DNA of 45,610 bases from Deltaproteobacteria bacterium (lineage in GTDB: Bacteria > Myxococcota > UBA727 > JABDBI01). Made by a program: the position numbers and the translations under genes. Below are positions 33,623 to 42,207 of this stretch, piece after piece. The stretch spans positions 1 through 45,610 of the forward strand of contig JAESQZ010000056.1 in NCBI GenBank assembly GCA_016764955.1, written 5' to 3'. Within the stretch, counting starts at the first letter, position 1. Each line of letters begins with the position of its first letter. The notes below the pieces were generated by a model that saw only the letters and a list, made by a program, of their open reading frames with translations, searched no databases and was not told the DNA's origin.

Positions 33623-34102
33623 TTAATCAGTACTCAATGCTGAAATATTGGAATCTACTCCATAATCTCCTGATTGGTCGTTGATGTTATCTATTCTTGT
33701 AATGCCTGCATCTGGACTAGGAACAAACTTTGCCACCATTTCTCCACGATTAGGAGCATTTGCAGATCCTATTGTTCCACCAAGTATTCTATCTGCCATC
33801 ATTAATTTTTCTTCACCTGAAATACTACAAACATATTGAACTTCAAACTTGTCATTTGCATAAGCAAGTGGTTCATCAATAATGGTTTGAGAAACTTGTG
33901 TACCATCTCCACCTCCATTTGAGGCATTTCTTTGAGCATATACAGAATTAGAGTTGTTATTGTATCTAATCGAATGACTGATATTTCCAGAAGCAATACT
34001 ATGAATTAAAAACATGTTGAACTTTTTTGCAGTTAAATCTGTTATTTGCATTACATCACCAGCTACAGTTAAAGTAACAGTTTCATTTTTAGCCCAGCCC
34101 AT
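33623..34102 (-). CDS. single-copy member of a triplicated beta-rich domain family
   Basis: 159 aa with VYAQRNASNGGGDGT ... GSANAPNRGEMVAKFV. It parallels both halves of 34102..35169. Confidence 0.6.
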   Translation of the reverse strand: MGWAKNETVTLTVAGDVMQITDLTAKKFNMFLIHSIASGNISHSIRYNNNSNSVYAQRNASNGGGDGTQVSQTIIDEPLAYANDKFEVQYVCSISGEEKLMMADRILGGTIGSANAPNRGEMVAKFVPSPDAGITRIDNINDQSGDYGVDSNISALSTD

Positions 34103-35169
34103 TAGTCAAAACCCCACACTTTACCAATTGAGCCAGCAGCAAAATCTCCTGCTTCATCGTTATAGATAATTACTCTATCTGCTTGACTTACAGCATTAGC
34201 CCATTTCCCTACAAATTCAGAACGTTGTGGAGCATTAGCTGCTCCTGCTCCGCCTTGGTCCATCCAATTCCCTGTTACAAGTTTTTCATGTGTAGCATTA
34301 TTTACAATAAAGAAATTCTGAAATTGTGGTACTATTGATGCCAAGTTCTGTGAATTAATAAAATCTAAATTTGTGTTTAGTTGTTCTGCACTATTATTTT
34401 GACTCCTTCTATTTGCATAATTAGTTCCTGTATCTTCACTTCCAGCACCCATTCTAATATTTGGTCTTGCACGTCCACCTGTTGGATTTATCCAGCATTT
34501 AACCCATAGATATTTTTTAGCTGTAAATGGTAAAGTTATTTTATCTGCAGTTGCACCTAATTCAACACTTGCTAATTCCTCCCAGGAATTATTAGTATGT
34601 ACATCTGCTGGGTCCCATCCCAGAACAACAACTTGTGAACCTGTTGCAAAATTCCCTGCGGAGACATTAGCATCTAGATAATTAACCTCATCTAAGGGGT
34701 CTACTGTATTTGCCCATTTGCCAGCAATCTCATATCGTGTTGGTGCAATTCCAGCACCTGTACCACCTCTATTAGTGACCATGTGCATATGGAGTAATTT
34801 TTCCACTGCTGCTAAATTAGATAAATAAAATACTTGGAACCACTGATCTCCTGTACCACCTAATGTATCTGTAAATATACTCGATATGCCTGTTGTAGTT
34901 CCATCAGCACCCCCATCTTGTGAAAATCTTCTTGCATAATTATTACCAATATCTGAATTAAATCTAGGAGTAGGCATAGGGTTTGTTGTATTTAGTAAAT
35001 GATGTGCCAAAATCATATAGTATCTTTTATTAGGTAAACTTGAAACGTCGATATTATCTCCTGGACTTCCTAAAGTACCTCTACCCAGTTCAACCCATCC
35101 ACCTACTGCAGAAGGTAATTGAGAAACTAGTGTTCGAATGTCTGGAGCAACCTTAACTAAATTTACCAT
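34102..35169 (-). CDS. two-copy member of the same beta-rich domain family (fibre or decoration candidate)
   Basis: 355 aa with an internal duplication: NYARRFSQDGGADGT...GAGIAPTRYEIAGKWAN and NYANRRSQNNSAEQ...GAANAPQRSEFVGKWAN. Confidence 0.65.
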   Translation of the reverse strand: MVNLVKVAPDIRTLVSQLPSAVGGWVELGRGTLGSPGDNIDVSSLPNKRYYMILAHHLLNTTNPMPTPRFNSDIGNNYARRFSQDGGADGTTTGISSIFTDTLGGTGDQWFQVFYLSNLAAVEKLLHMHMVTNRGGTGAGIAPTRYEIAGKWANTVDPLDEVNYLDANVSAGNFATGSQVVVLGWDPADVHTNNSWEELASVELGATADKITLPFTAKKYLWVKCWINPTGGRARPNIRMGAGSEDTGTNYANRRSQNNSAEQLNTNLDFINSQNLASIVPQFQNFFIVNNATHEKLVTGNWMDQGGAGAANAPQRSEFVGKWANAVSQADRVIIYNDEAGDFAAGSIGKVWGFD

Positions 35170-35199
35170 GTAACATTACCTAAAAATTATAGAAAAAAG

Positions 35200-35208
35200 G
35201 AAGTATTC
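35200..35208 (-). promoter_or_regulatory. GAATAGTTC-like box
   Basis: Minus strand reads gGAATACTTCcttttttctataa, 30 nt from the ATG at 35169. Confidence 0.5.
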
Positions 35209-35412
35209 CTAGTAGTAAAGATTGGAAGGTCCTGGATGAACTGTACTATCTTGTAGTCTTTTTGATTCTAATTCTGCAGTATCTGCAGGGTCTGTAAAAT
35301 TCTCAGAGCTTAAACTAATACAAGATGTTTCAGATCTTTGTATCTTCTCCATTGGAAATTGTTTTCCCTGTAATGTATATTCTAAAAATTTAAAAAACTT
35401 TCGAACTTCCAC
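35209..35412 (-). CDS. hypothetical protein
   Basis: 67-aa ORF on the coding strand. Confidence 0.45.
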   Translation of the reverse strand: MEVRKFFKFLEYTLQGKQFPMEKIQRSETSCISLSSENFTDPADTAELESKRLQDSTVHPGPSNLYY

Positions 35413-35762
35413 TAGTGACTCACTTTAGCTGTTTCTGGATGATCTTTTGCTTCTGCTGCTTTGTAATCTATAACATTAACAGATTCATCTTTTCTTTCCA
35501 ATGCTTCTTTAGCTTCTCTGCTTTGTGCTCTGAGTCCTTCTCTGCAATCATCACATTGATTTCTTGTGTCATTGTAGAAACTAGTTCCTTCCACTTCAGT
35601 TATGCCACAAAAAGATTTTCCACCTTTGAAGTAATGAGTTAGAGGGATTTCATATTCTCTAATGCCTCTTTGTTTCTGATCAATCTTTATTGTTTTTAAT
35701 TGAGCATTTGGAAGTTGTTTCCATCCGTCAGTATCAGAGTTGTAATTGTAGATGCGGATCAA
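35412..35762 (-). CDS. hypothetical protein
   Basis: 116-aa ORF containing CDDC. Confidence 0.55.
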   Translation of the reverse strand: MIRIYNYNSDTDGWKQLPNAQLKTIKIDQKQRGIREYEIPLTHYFKGGKSFCGITEVEGTSFYNDTRNQCDDCREGLRAQSREAKEALERKDESVNVIDYKAAEAKDHPETAKVSH

Positions 35763-35764
35763 TT

Positions 35765-36358
35765 TTAGACTCTCCTCATTTCGTGATTGATGAAGAACTT
35801 TAGGGTGTCAGTTGCAGTCTTGTTAAAGGGTGTGATTTGTCCATGTGTTAGTAATTTTGATGCATTAACTGGAGTTCCATTATCTAAAATTGCAAAGTTT
35901 TTGATTGTAACTCCTCCATCATTAAAGTCACCAGTTGTATAACTAGTGAGAAATGATAGAATATCCACTCCAGAGCCTGTATTATCACCATCTGCATCAT
36001 TCCTATTAGGATAAGTTGCATCATACACTTTGTTTGAGCCAGCTATTGCTTTTGCAGTATTATCGAATTGCAGCCAGGTGTCAGTTGCAGCAATTGCAGT
36101 TTGAACAGCAGGATTTGCTAGCTGCATCCTGCTTGCTGCTGGTGCAAAAAAGTCTTCATTTACTACAGGAGCTTCACTTGCTCCCTCTTGAGCATAAGCA
36201 ATTTCACCATCATTGGTGATTTGGTTCATTCCAATAATCCATTTTTTAGCAGTTGCTGTTCTCTTTTTGATCAAGTCTAGTTTGAATGATAGTGGTAAGT
36301 CAGGTCTGATGAAATATTTTAATTTCTGCATTGCTGAATATTTTGGGTCAACATGCAT
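35765..36358 (-). CDS. virion structural protein candidate
   Basis: 197 aa, located in the connector/neck region. Confidence 0.55.
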   Translation of the reverse strand: MHVDPKYSAMQKLKYFIRPDLPLSFKLDLIKKRTATAKKWIIGMNQITNDGEIAYAQEGASEAPVVNEDFFAPAASRMQLANPAVQTAIAATDTWLQFDNTAKAIAGSNKVYDATYPNRNDADGDNTGSGVDILSFLTSYTTGDFNDGGVTIKNFAILDNGTPVNASKLLTHGQITPFNKTATDTLKFFINHEMRRV

Positions 36359-36366
36359 TTGAGGTC

Positions 36367-36558
36367 CTACAAAATGATAGGATTTCTCAATAATTCCCTC
36401 TTCAGGTTTGGTGATTCTAAAACTGCAACAACGTTCCAGTTAAGGGCGTTGTACATGTTTCGTTTTATAAAATTTGGACGTTTATCATTATTTGATAGGA
36501 ATCTTTCAATTCTTGCTTGAACTGATTCTAATTCTACTATTTTTAATTGCTGTAACAT
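36367..36558 (-). CDS. hypothetical protein
   Basis: 63-aa ORF on the coding strand. Confidence 0.5.
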   Translation of the reverse strand: MLQQLKIVELESVQARIERFLSNNDKRPNFIKRNMYNALNWNVVAVLESPNLKRELLRNPIIL

Positions 36559-36586
36559 GAATCAGGTATTGTATCAAGTATTAAGA

Positions 36587-36595
36587 GAATTATTC
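36587..36595 (-). promoter_or_regulatory. GAATAGTTC-like box
   Basis: Minus strand reads tGAATAATTCtcttaata, 28 nt from the ATG at 36558. Confidence 0.5.
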
Positions 36596-36603
36596 ACAAT
36601 AGC

Positions 36604-37032
36604 TTAGAAATCTTCAGTTACAAAGATTGAAGCTTGACTTGGAAGAACAATTTTTGCATCTCGAGGATCACTAGTTACCAGGACTGCTTTTGTTTTGTCA
36701 TTTCTCCTAGACTTTAGTTCTGTGATTATTGTTTCAATTTTCTCATCGTATAATTTCTCGTATGTCTCCATTCTTTTTAGATCCAATAATTCCTCATCAG
36801 CCCAAATGAATTTTGCATATCTTAGTGCTGCAGTTCTACAGTGAGAATAAATTGCATCTCCTCCGTCTACTGGAGTGATAATAAATGAGTTGATTGCATT
36901 GTCTAACTGTTCATTAGAACGATCAATAATTTCAATTAACTTATCATCGTGAGCTGTAATTTCATTAAGTTTTAGAGAATGTTTTAGATATGCAATAGTA
37001 AGAAATGGAGTGTAGATTTGCTCTGAAGACAT
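36604..37032 (-). CDS. head-tail connector (gp6-like adaptor) candidate
   Basis: 142 aa. The N-terminus (TIAYLKHSLKLNEITAHDDKLIEIIDRSNEQLDNAINSF) resembles the usual adaptor opening. It lies two genes after the capsid gene. Confidence 0.45.
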   Translation of the reverse strand: MSSEQIYTPFLTIAYLKHSLKLNEITAHDDKLIEIIDRSNEQLDNAINSFIITPVDGGDAIYSHCRTAALRYAKFIWADEELLDLKRMETYEKLYDEKIETIITELKSRRNDKTKAVLVTSDPRDAKIVLPSQASIFVTEDF

Positions 37033-37061
37033 GAATTAATTCTTGTTTGGAATAGTAAAAG

Positions 37062-37069
37062 GAACTATG
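37062..37069 (-). promoter_or_regulatory. GAATAGTTC-like box
   Basis: Minus strand reads tCATAGTTCcttttacta, 29 nt from the ATG at 37032. Confidence 0.45.
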
Positions 37070-37071
37070 AT

Positions 37072-37260
37072 TTATCCTAATCCAAATTTCTTGTTTAGTT
37101 TGGCTTGTTGAACATCTAGTCTTTCATTTACTTTTTTATACAAAACTTGTTCATCATATTTCTCATAGTTGATATTATCAGTTCCAAGACTATACAGAAC
37201 AACGTCATTAAGATTCTTAGGTGATTCTAGTCGATTACGTCTTTGTCGTCTTATGCCCAT
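37072..37260 (-). CDS. hypothetical protein
   Basis: 62-aa ORF directly after the capsid gene. Confidence 0.5.
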   Translation of the reverse strand: MGIRRQRRNRLESPKNLNDVVLYSLGTDNINYEKYDEQVLYKKVNERLDVQQAKLNKKFGLG

Positions 37261-37310
37261 GATTAGTAGAAATGATAAAAATAAAGTAAAATAGAGTTTG
37301 TAAAAAACCT

Positions 37311-38438
37311 CTATGGTGTGACTGGAATTGTCATTCCAAACTTTCTTGTAAGTTTGGTGATTTGTTTGTCAGTGGATAGATACTGATTAAAGTCCAACAT
37401 TTTGATGGCTTCAGCATCGTGCTCTTCGTCATAGTAACGTCTCATGATTTTTGCACCTTCTCCCTTTCTGAGAGCGTTTGGTTTGTTTACTGCGTAGATT
37501 GTATTTGCAGGGATTGAGACATCTACAATGGCAGTAACACCGTTGATTCCTGGTAATGGAACAACGCCTCCTCCAGAGAGTCTAATTGGATTCAAATCTA
37601 GTGGTCCAGATTTAGTCCAGGTATTCTCACTGAATTCAGTGAATAGTGTTGTATTCATGGCTACATGAGTGATTTTCACGTCATTGGCTTTCAAGAATGT
37701 ATTGAATAATTCATTGAGTTCTTTGGCTGCGTGATTATCTGAGTGAAGATTTCCAGAAGTTATTTTCTCAAACTTTCCTATGGCTGATTGTGAGTTTCCA
37801 ATGTCTTTTAGTGCCAAGAGTGCTTTTTGGTTTCTTTGATACTTGAAACCCCATCTCAATTGACCTAAGTCAATATCTTGAGGATTGATGATGGTTCGCA
37901 TCATGTCCTCAATTGGAGTAAAGACTTTGTCAACTAGTTTCTTGAGGTCATACTTGATTTCATCGTAGACAGTTTTGGTGGTCTTTGCGACTTCAAGTCT
38001 ATCAAGGTATCTAGCTGTTGCAGTCGTATCATAGAATGGCTCTCTGCCTTCTAACATTGATACATCACGTTCAACAAACATTTCATCTAACCAAAAGTAT
38101 TCATCTGGAACTCCTTGAGCTTCAGGGAATAGTCTAATCATTTGTAGATGAGACATGTTTGTAGAGTTTCCAATGCTTGTAGCTCCCATCAATGCTTGAG
38201 GATTGAATTGATTTGCTTCAATCTTTGCTGCAAGTGCTGAGAGTTTAGCTACTGGAATTGTTTTTCCAACAACTTTAGCATTTAGAGGAAGGCCATAAGG
38301 ATTTTTGAATTCCTTTGCTTTCATGACATATCTTCCAATCATTGCTTTTCCTTGCGGTTGTCTATCTTCAGAATGTTCTCCTGCATAGATAGCTCCGTTA
38401 GGATAGATTGTGATTGCTTCGTGGTATGAATCGTTCAA
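37311..38438 (-). CDS. major capsid protein candidate
   Basis: 375 aa. It follows the scaffold-like and decoration-like genes in the canonical order, and its size is typical of HK97-fold or lambda-E-like capsid proteins. No search was run. Confidence 0.6.
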   Translation of the reverse strand: MNDSYHEAITIYPNGAIYAGEHSEDRQPQGKAMIGRYVMKAKEFKNPYGLPLNAKVVGKTIPVAKLSALAAKIEANQFNPQALMGATSIGNSTNMSHLQMIRLFPEAQGVPDEYFWLDEMFVERDVSMLEGREPFYDTTATARYLDRLEVAKTTKTVYDEIKYDLKKLVDKVFTPIEDMMRTIINPQDIDLGQLRWGFKYQRNQKALLALKDIGNSQSAIGKFEKITSGNLHSDNHAAKELNELFNTFLKANDVKITHVAMNTTLFTEFSENTWTKSGPLDLNPIRLSGGGVVPLPGINGVTAIVDVSIPANTIYAVNKPNALRKGEGAKIMRRYYDEEHDAEAIKMLDFNQYLSTDKQITKLTRKFGMTIPVTP

Positions 38439-38440
38439 TT

Positions 38441-38923
38441 TTATGCAACTCCCACATCGATAACTACTAAGTCACCGTCTGCTGTTACTTTCTTCTCTGC
38501 TTGATCTGTGCCTTCAGAATAAATCTCAAAGATTCTTCCCAAGTGACCTTTACCGTTTGGAGAAACTCCTGCCATTACTTTGTCTGCTGTAGTGGTAGCA
38601 GTTACTGCTTTGAGGTCTACTGCTTGGCCTACTGTAAGGGAAGCATCTGCTTTTAGAATAATTCTACTTCCAACTTTTGCTACTTGGACTTTATCTGTGT
38701 CTTCTGCTATTGGTGCTGGAGCATCAGAAATGGCTTGCATTATTCCTCTTGAGAGGTCAGCTACTGAAGTAGTAGTGATTGGAGCAATGAGTCTTCCTTG
38801 TGCATCTGGAGTGTAGATTTTGCCTTTAGTAATTGCTAAGGCATCTTTGATAATTTCGGTATCAATGTTTTGGAATTGATCATAAGGTAGATCTCCTATT
38901 CCAAGTGGTTGAACTGAAGGCAT
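38441..38923 (-). CDS. head decoration / cement protein candidate
   Basis: 160 aa, G/A/V/T-rich and beta-type (KVGSRIILKADASLTVGQAVDLKAV...GDLVVIDVGVA). It sits immediately upstream of the capsid gene, as lambda D does relative to E. Confidence 0.45.
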   Translation of the reverse strand: MPSVQPLGIGDLPYDQFQNIDTEIIKDALAITKGKIYTPDAQGRLIAPITTTSVADLSRGIMQAISDAPAPIAEDTDKVQVAKVGSRIILKADASLTVGQAVDLKAVTATTTADKVMAGVSPNGKGHLGRIFEIYSEGTDQAEKKVTADGDLVVIDVGVA

Positions 38924-38925
38924 TT

Positions 38926-40269
38926 CTAATTATCCTCCCCGAATGTGTCTTCTAGTGATTTACCAGCTAGAGGACCTGTTGATTCTCCAGGGAAATCAAA
39001 ATGAGTTGGAGTCTCAATCGTTTGACCTGATAAATTTGTCATTGTAATTACTTCATTGACTTCATCAATGGTTTTTGCTTTGAGAGAAGTTTCTAATCTA
39101 CTAACTTCTGAATCAGATAAATTATCTTTTGCTTTGAGTAAGATTGAAGCAATTAATGGTTCTTTTATTTTTGCTTCGAGTTTTTCTTTTTCCTCTTCAG
39201 TTGCTTTTCTAGCTTCTACTGCTTCGTCTTTTTCTTTCTCAGCTTCATCTTGAGCTTTCTTTGCAGCAGTGACTTTTTCATCGTCATTGTTTTCTTCAGA
39301 GGCTTTGAGTTTTGCTTCTAACTCTTTCTTTTCATCTTCTTGAGCTTTAAATTTTGATTCTAATTCTTTTACTTTTTCTTCGTTTGATTTTAAATTATCT
39401 CGAAGTTCTTTTTCTTCTGTAGCGGTAAGTGTCATATAATTTTTCGAGCATGAGCATGAACTAAAAGAACTATCAGCAGTTGATTTTTCTTTAGCCTCAT
39501 TGATAGCTCTTAACAAAGATTCTTCTGTAATTGCAATGTCATTTTCTAAATTAGCTTGCAATGTTGCAGCTATACTTTTTGTAACTGAAACAAATCTCAA
39601 TTTATCTTTGTGGCTTATTAAAATTGGAACTTGTTGTAGATGAGATAAGTTATCATCAGCTTTTAGTTGAGCTGCAGTTAATAATTTCATGTGACAATCA
39701 TTACCTTCACATATTGCTGTAATTTTTGCCTCATCACCAAATGCAGGATTTTTAGTTAAGAAAGCATCATGGAGTCCTTCCCATTCATGAACACCAAGCT
39801 TGGGAAGTCCATTTGGCATGGTTCCTAGTATGTCAAATCCTCCAGCTTCAGGCCATATACTAGGGGAAACTGAATCAACTTCTCCTGATTTTACTTTCTC
39901 TAGAAATTCTAATGGGATTGGTCCAGGCTCTAATTTGTGAATAAAAAATGCCTTGTGATCCTCATAATCTAGTGTATGGTCTACAATTGTAGTAACTCTA
40001 AACTCTTCTTGGACATTTACATTATTTTCCTTAGTGGTTCCATCAGTATGATCTAAATCACAATCAGTTCCCACACATTTTTCATATTGAATTCCAGGTC
40101 GTTCATTGTCCTGGAATGATTTGATGTGTTTGAGGATGGATTCCCATGTAGCTCTCCAACCGTTCTTGTTTCTTCTATCAGATATTGCAAATGTCTTTAA
40201 AAAAATTCCTTTTTCTCCATTAAATGAGTCAAGAACCTCAATTTCATTTGAGGCCTTGAGATATAGCAT
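38926..40269 (-). CDS. scaffold protein, possibly fused to a prohead protease domain
   Basis: 447 aa. The central-to-C-terminal part is an extreme K/E coiled coil (EEKELRDNLKSNEEKVKELESKFKAQEDEKKELEAKLKASEE...). The N-terminal 250 aa look globular. I could not confirm protease catalytic residues. Confidence 0.5.
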   Translation of the reverse strand: MLYLKASNEIEVLDSFNGEKGIFLKTFAISDRRNKNGWRATWESILKHIKSFQDNERPGIQYEKCVGTDCDLDHTDGTTKENNVNVQEEFRVTTIVDHTLDYEDHKAFFIHKLEPGPIPLEFLEKVKSGEVDSVSPSIWPEAGGFDILGTMPNGLPKLGVHEWEGLHDAFLTKNPAFGDEAKITAICEGNDCHMKLLTAAQLKADDNLSHLQQVPILISHKDKLRFVSVTKSIAATLQANLENDIAITEESLLRAINEAKEKSTADSSFSSCSCSKNYMTLTATEEKELRDNLKSNEEKVKELESKFKAQEDEKKELEAKLKASEENNDDEKVTAAKKAQDEAEKEKDEAVEARKATEEEKEKLEAKIKEPLIASILLKAKDNLSDSEVSRLETSLKAKTIDEVNEVITMTNLSGQTIETPTHFDFPGESTGPLAGKSLEDTFGEDN

Positions 40270-40297
40270 GAAATATTTGAATTAATATAAAAAAAAG

Positions 40298-40306
40298 GAA
40301 CTATTC
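40298..40306 (-). promoter_or_regulatory. GAATAGTTC box
   Basis: Minus strand reads gGAATAGTTCcttttttttatatt, 28 nt from the ATG at 40269. Its TAG is the stop codon of the upstream gene. Confidence 0.55.
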
Positions 40307-40561
40307 CTCGTCAGGTTCTACAAATGGAGGATTTCTTTTGTATTGAATTGGTTTTGTAATTGGAAAAGAGTTAGAATTTTTCTCTATTCTCTCCATTACT
40401 TCAATACAAGCTATGTTTGCAGCAATTAGATTTCCTAATTCTTTTAGAGTGTCTTTGTTTTGAGTAGCTTTTTCAAGTTCTCTAAAGACATCTTGATTTC
40501 TTCTAAATTCTCCTTTGATTGTATTCCAATTCTCAGAGAATGGCTGTAATGCTTGAGACAT
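40301..40561 (-). CDS. hypothetical protein
   Basis: The track start is TTG at 40615. The ATG at 40561 (MSQALQPFSENW...) lies 29 nt from a box copy, so I prefer it. 86 aa. Confidence 0.55.
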   Translation of the reverse strand: MSQALQPFSENWNTIKGEFRRNQDVFRELEKATQNKDTLKELGNLIAANIACIEVMERIEKNSNSFPITKPIQYKRNPPFVEPDEE

Positions 40562-40590
40562 GAGGAATGATTGTTGTAATTTAAAAAAAG

Positions 40591-40599
40591 GAATTATTT
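40591..40599 (-). promoter_or_regulatory. GAATAGTTC-like box
   Basis: Minus strand reads cAAATAATTCctttttttaaatt, 29 nt from the ATG at 40561. Confidence 0.45.
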
Positions 40600-40621
40600 G
40601 TCTAATTAAAGACAATAAAGA

Positions 40622-40870
40622 ATTAGAATTCAGTATTAGTTTTGTAGACTCCAGGAGTTCCTTTTACTTTTCTAGTTACTGTTTTTCCTGCAGTTTTTAG
40701 TTTTGCTTCTTCTTGTGCAATGTGTTCTTCAAAATCTGCTTTGACTTTTGTTACATTCTCTTCAAAATTTTCTTCTCTAGTTTCTAATTCTTTTTTTGTG
40801 ACTCTAACTATTTAGCTTGAGTATTGAGTTTTTCTTCAATTTCTTGGAGTTCTTTTTCAGATTTACCCAT
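40622..40870 (-). pseudogene. frame-disrupted small coiled-coil gene
   Basis: - First piece: ATG at 40870 gives MGKSEKELQEIEEKLNTQAK and stops at 40808.
- Middle piece: the -1 frame continues as IVRVTKKELETREENFEENVTKVKSRF.
- Last piece: the original frame resumes as QKSKADFEEHIAQEEAKLKTAGKTVTRKVKGTPGVYKTNTEF and stops at 40622.
- All three pieces look like one protein, and both junctions fall in short A runs. Confidence 0.4.
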
Positions 40871-41026
40871 GAGGGATAATTTATTCTAACTTTTAATGGA
40901 ATTACTTTTCATATCTGTAATGAATCTCTAATGTAGAATTATTTCTAACAAAGAGAATGATTAGTTATGCAGCTCTTGCAGTATCGAGGATGATTTGAAT
41001 TATCATGACAATTGCAGGAGCAAGTC

Positions 41027-41248
41027 TCAGCCATAGATAGACTCCCAAAATATTTTACTGATTTTTTCTTCTCTATCTAATCTCATTGCCTTTCTTAGTT
41101 TGAATTGTTGTTGTTCTTGAATGATATATTTTTCATCAAGATTCCCCCGCTCTAGCTTTTGAAGATAATTTTTCTCATACTTGATAAAATTTGGGTCCCA
41201 TTCTATAGGAGGAGCAAGAACATCTTGAAGAATAGATAATATGTTCAT
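41027..41248 (-). CDS. hypothetical protein
   Basis: 73-aa ORF with a 1-nt overlap with the upstream gene. Confidence 0.55.
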   Translation of the reverse strand: MNILSILQDVLAPPIEWDPNFIKYEKNYLQKLERGNLDEKYIIQEQQQFKLRKAMRLDREEKISKIFWESIYG

Positions 41249-41544
41249 TACATTAAATTTCCTAAATCTGATTTTTTGAATGAGGCCATGATTTTATCAA
41301 GATCATATTTTGCTTTGAGTTGAGATGAGATCTCACCTTTAATGTTATTCTGCTTAATGTCTTCATAGAACTGTAACACTTGCTCTTCAGTCCATTTTTC
41401 AGCTAGATAGGGGAGCATTTTCTCTATTGCATAGGCTTTCTTTGCTTGTATTTTTTGAAAATCAACTTTGAGATAATGTATGCTGAACTCTTCCCAACAA
41501 TCCATGAATCCAAAAAGATAAGCTAGTTTTTCAGGAGTGTTCAT
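41248..41544 (-). CDS. hypothetical protein
   Basis: 98-aa ORF with overlap coupling. Confidence 0.6.
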   Translation of the reverse strand: MNTPEKLAYLFGFMDCWEEFSIHYLKVDFQKIQAKKAYAIEKMLPYLAEKWTEEQVLQFYEDIKQNNIKGEISSQLKAKYDLDKIMASFKKSDLGNLM

Positions 41545-41768
41545 TTCTTCTCAGGTCTACTTGCTTGTAATTTATTAATATCAATTGTAGATGCTATCTC
41601 TTTTCCTGGAGTAATTTTAGCAGGATTTCCATGAACAAAATTTGTGAATGTATCAAATGCTTTGTCCATCAATCTATCAGGATCAGAGTTGTAAATATCT
41701 TGGAATTGTTTTAGTGCTGATTCTCCATAGATGCAATCAATTTTTCCTTTTAGAGATTCATTTAACAA
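41541..41768 (-). CDS. hypothetical protein
   Basis: 75-aa ORF, TTG start. Confidence 0.5.
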   Translation of the reverse strand: MLNESLKGKIDCIYGESALKQFQDIYNSDPDRLMDKAFDTFTNFVHGNPAKITPGKEIASTIDINKLQASRPEKK

Positions 41769-41850
41769 AATATTTCAAATCCTCTATTTTTGTTGGTGGG
41801 TAGTAATCACAATGGGTTCCATCAGTACAATAAATTCTCATAAACATCAT
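41758..41850 (-). CDS. micro-ORF, 30 aa
   Basis: MMFMRIYCTDGTHCDYYPPTKIEDLKYFVK. ATGA overlap with the upstream micro-ORF. Confidence 0.3.
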   Translation of the reverse strand: MMFMRIYCTDGTHCDYYPPTKIEDLKYFVK

Positions 41851-41999
41851 CCTATCGACTCCCAGAATTCTACAGTCATTGGAATCATTATTGCATCCCA
41901 CATGTAACGTGTTAGATGTTGAGATATTTCATAATGTTTTTCTGATGGATTTACTGTAGATTCTAATCTCATAGTTTCATCCATTTTAAATTCATCCAT
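41847..41999 (-). CDS. micro-ORF, 50 aa
   Basis: MDEFKMDETMRLESTVNPSEKHYEISQHLTRYMWDAIMIPMTVEFWESIG. TAATG overlap upstream. Confidence 0.4.
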   Translation of the reverse strand: MDEFKMDETMRLESTVNPSEKHYEISQHLTRYMWDAIMIPMTVEFWESIG

Positions 42000-42133
42000 T
42001 ATTTTTTCCTCTCATCAGGATCAAAATCATGAAGTATCCAATTAGATTTGACATAATTCATTCTAATATCCATGCACTTGTTTATTGATTCCATTGTAGG
42101 ATGAGATTCCTGTAAACAATACTTACAAACCAT
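41999..42133 (-). CDS. micro-ORF, 44 aa
   Basis: MVCKYCLQESHPTMESINKCMDIRMNYVKSNWILHDFDPDERKK. Confidence 0.4.
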   Translation of the reverse strand: MVCKYCLQESHPTMESINKCMDIRMNYVKSNWILHDFDPDERKK

Positions 42134-42207
42134 TATTATCAGTCACCATGGTTCCTAATATTTTCTCAAGGATCAATAATTTTACTATTTACTGGCTGTT
42201 AAATTGA

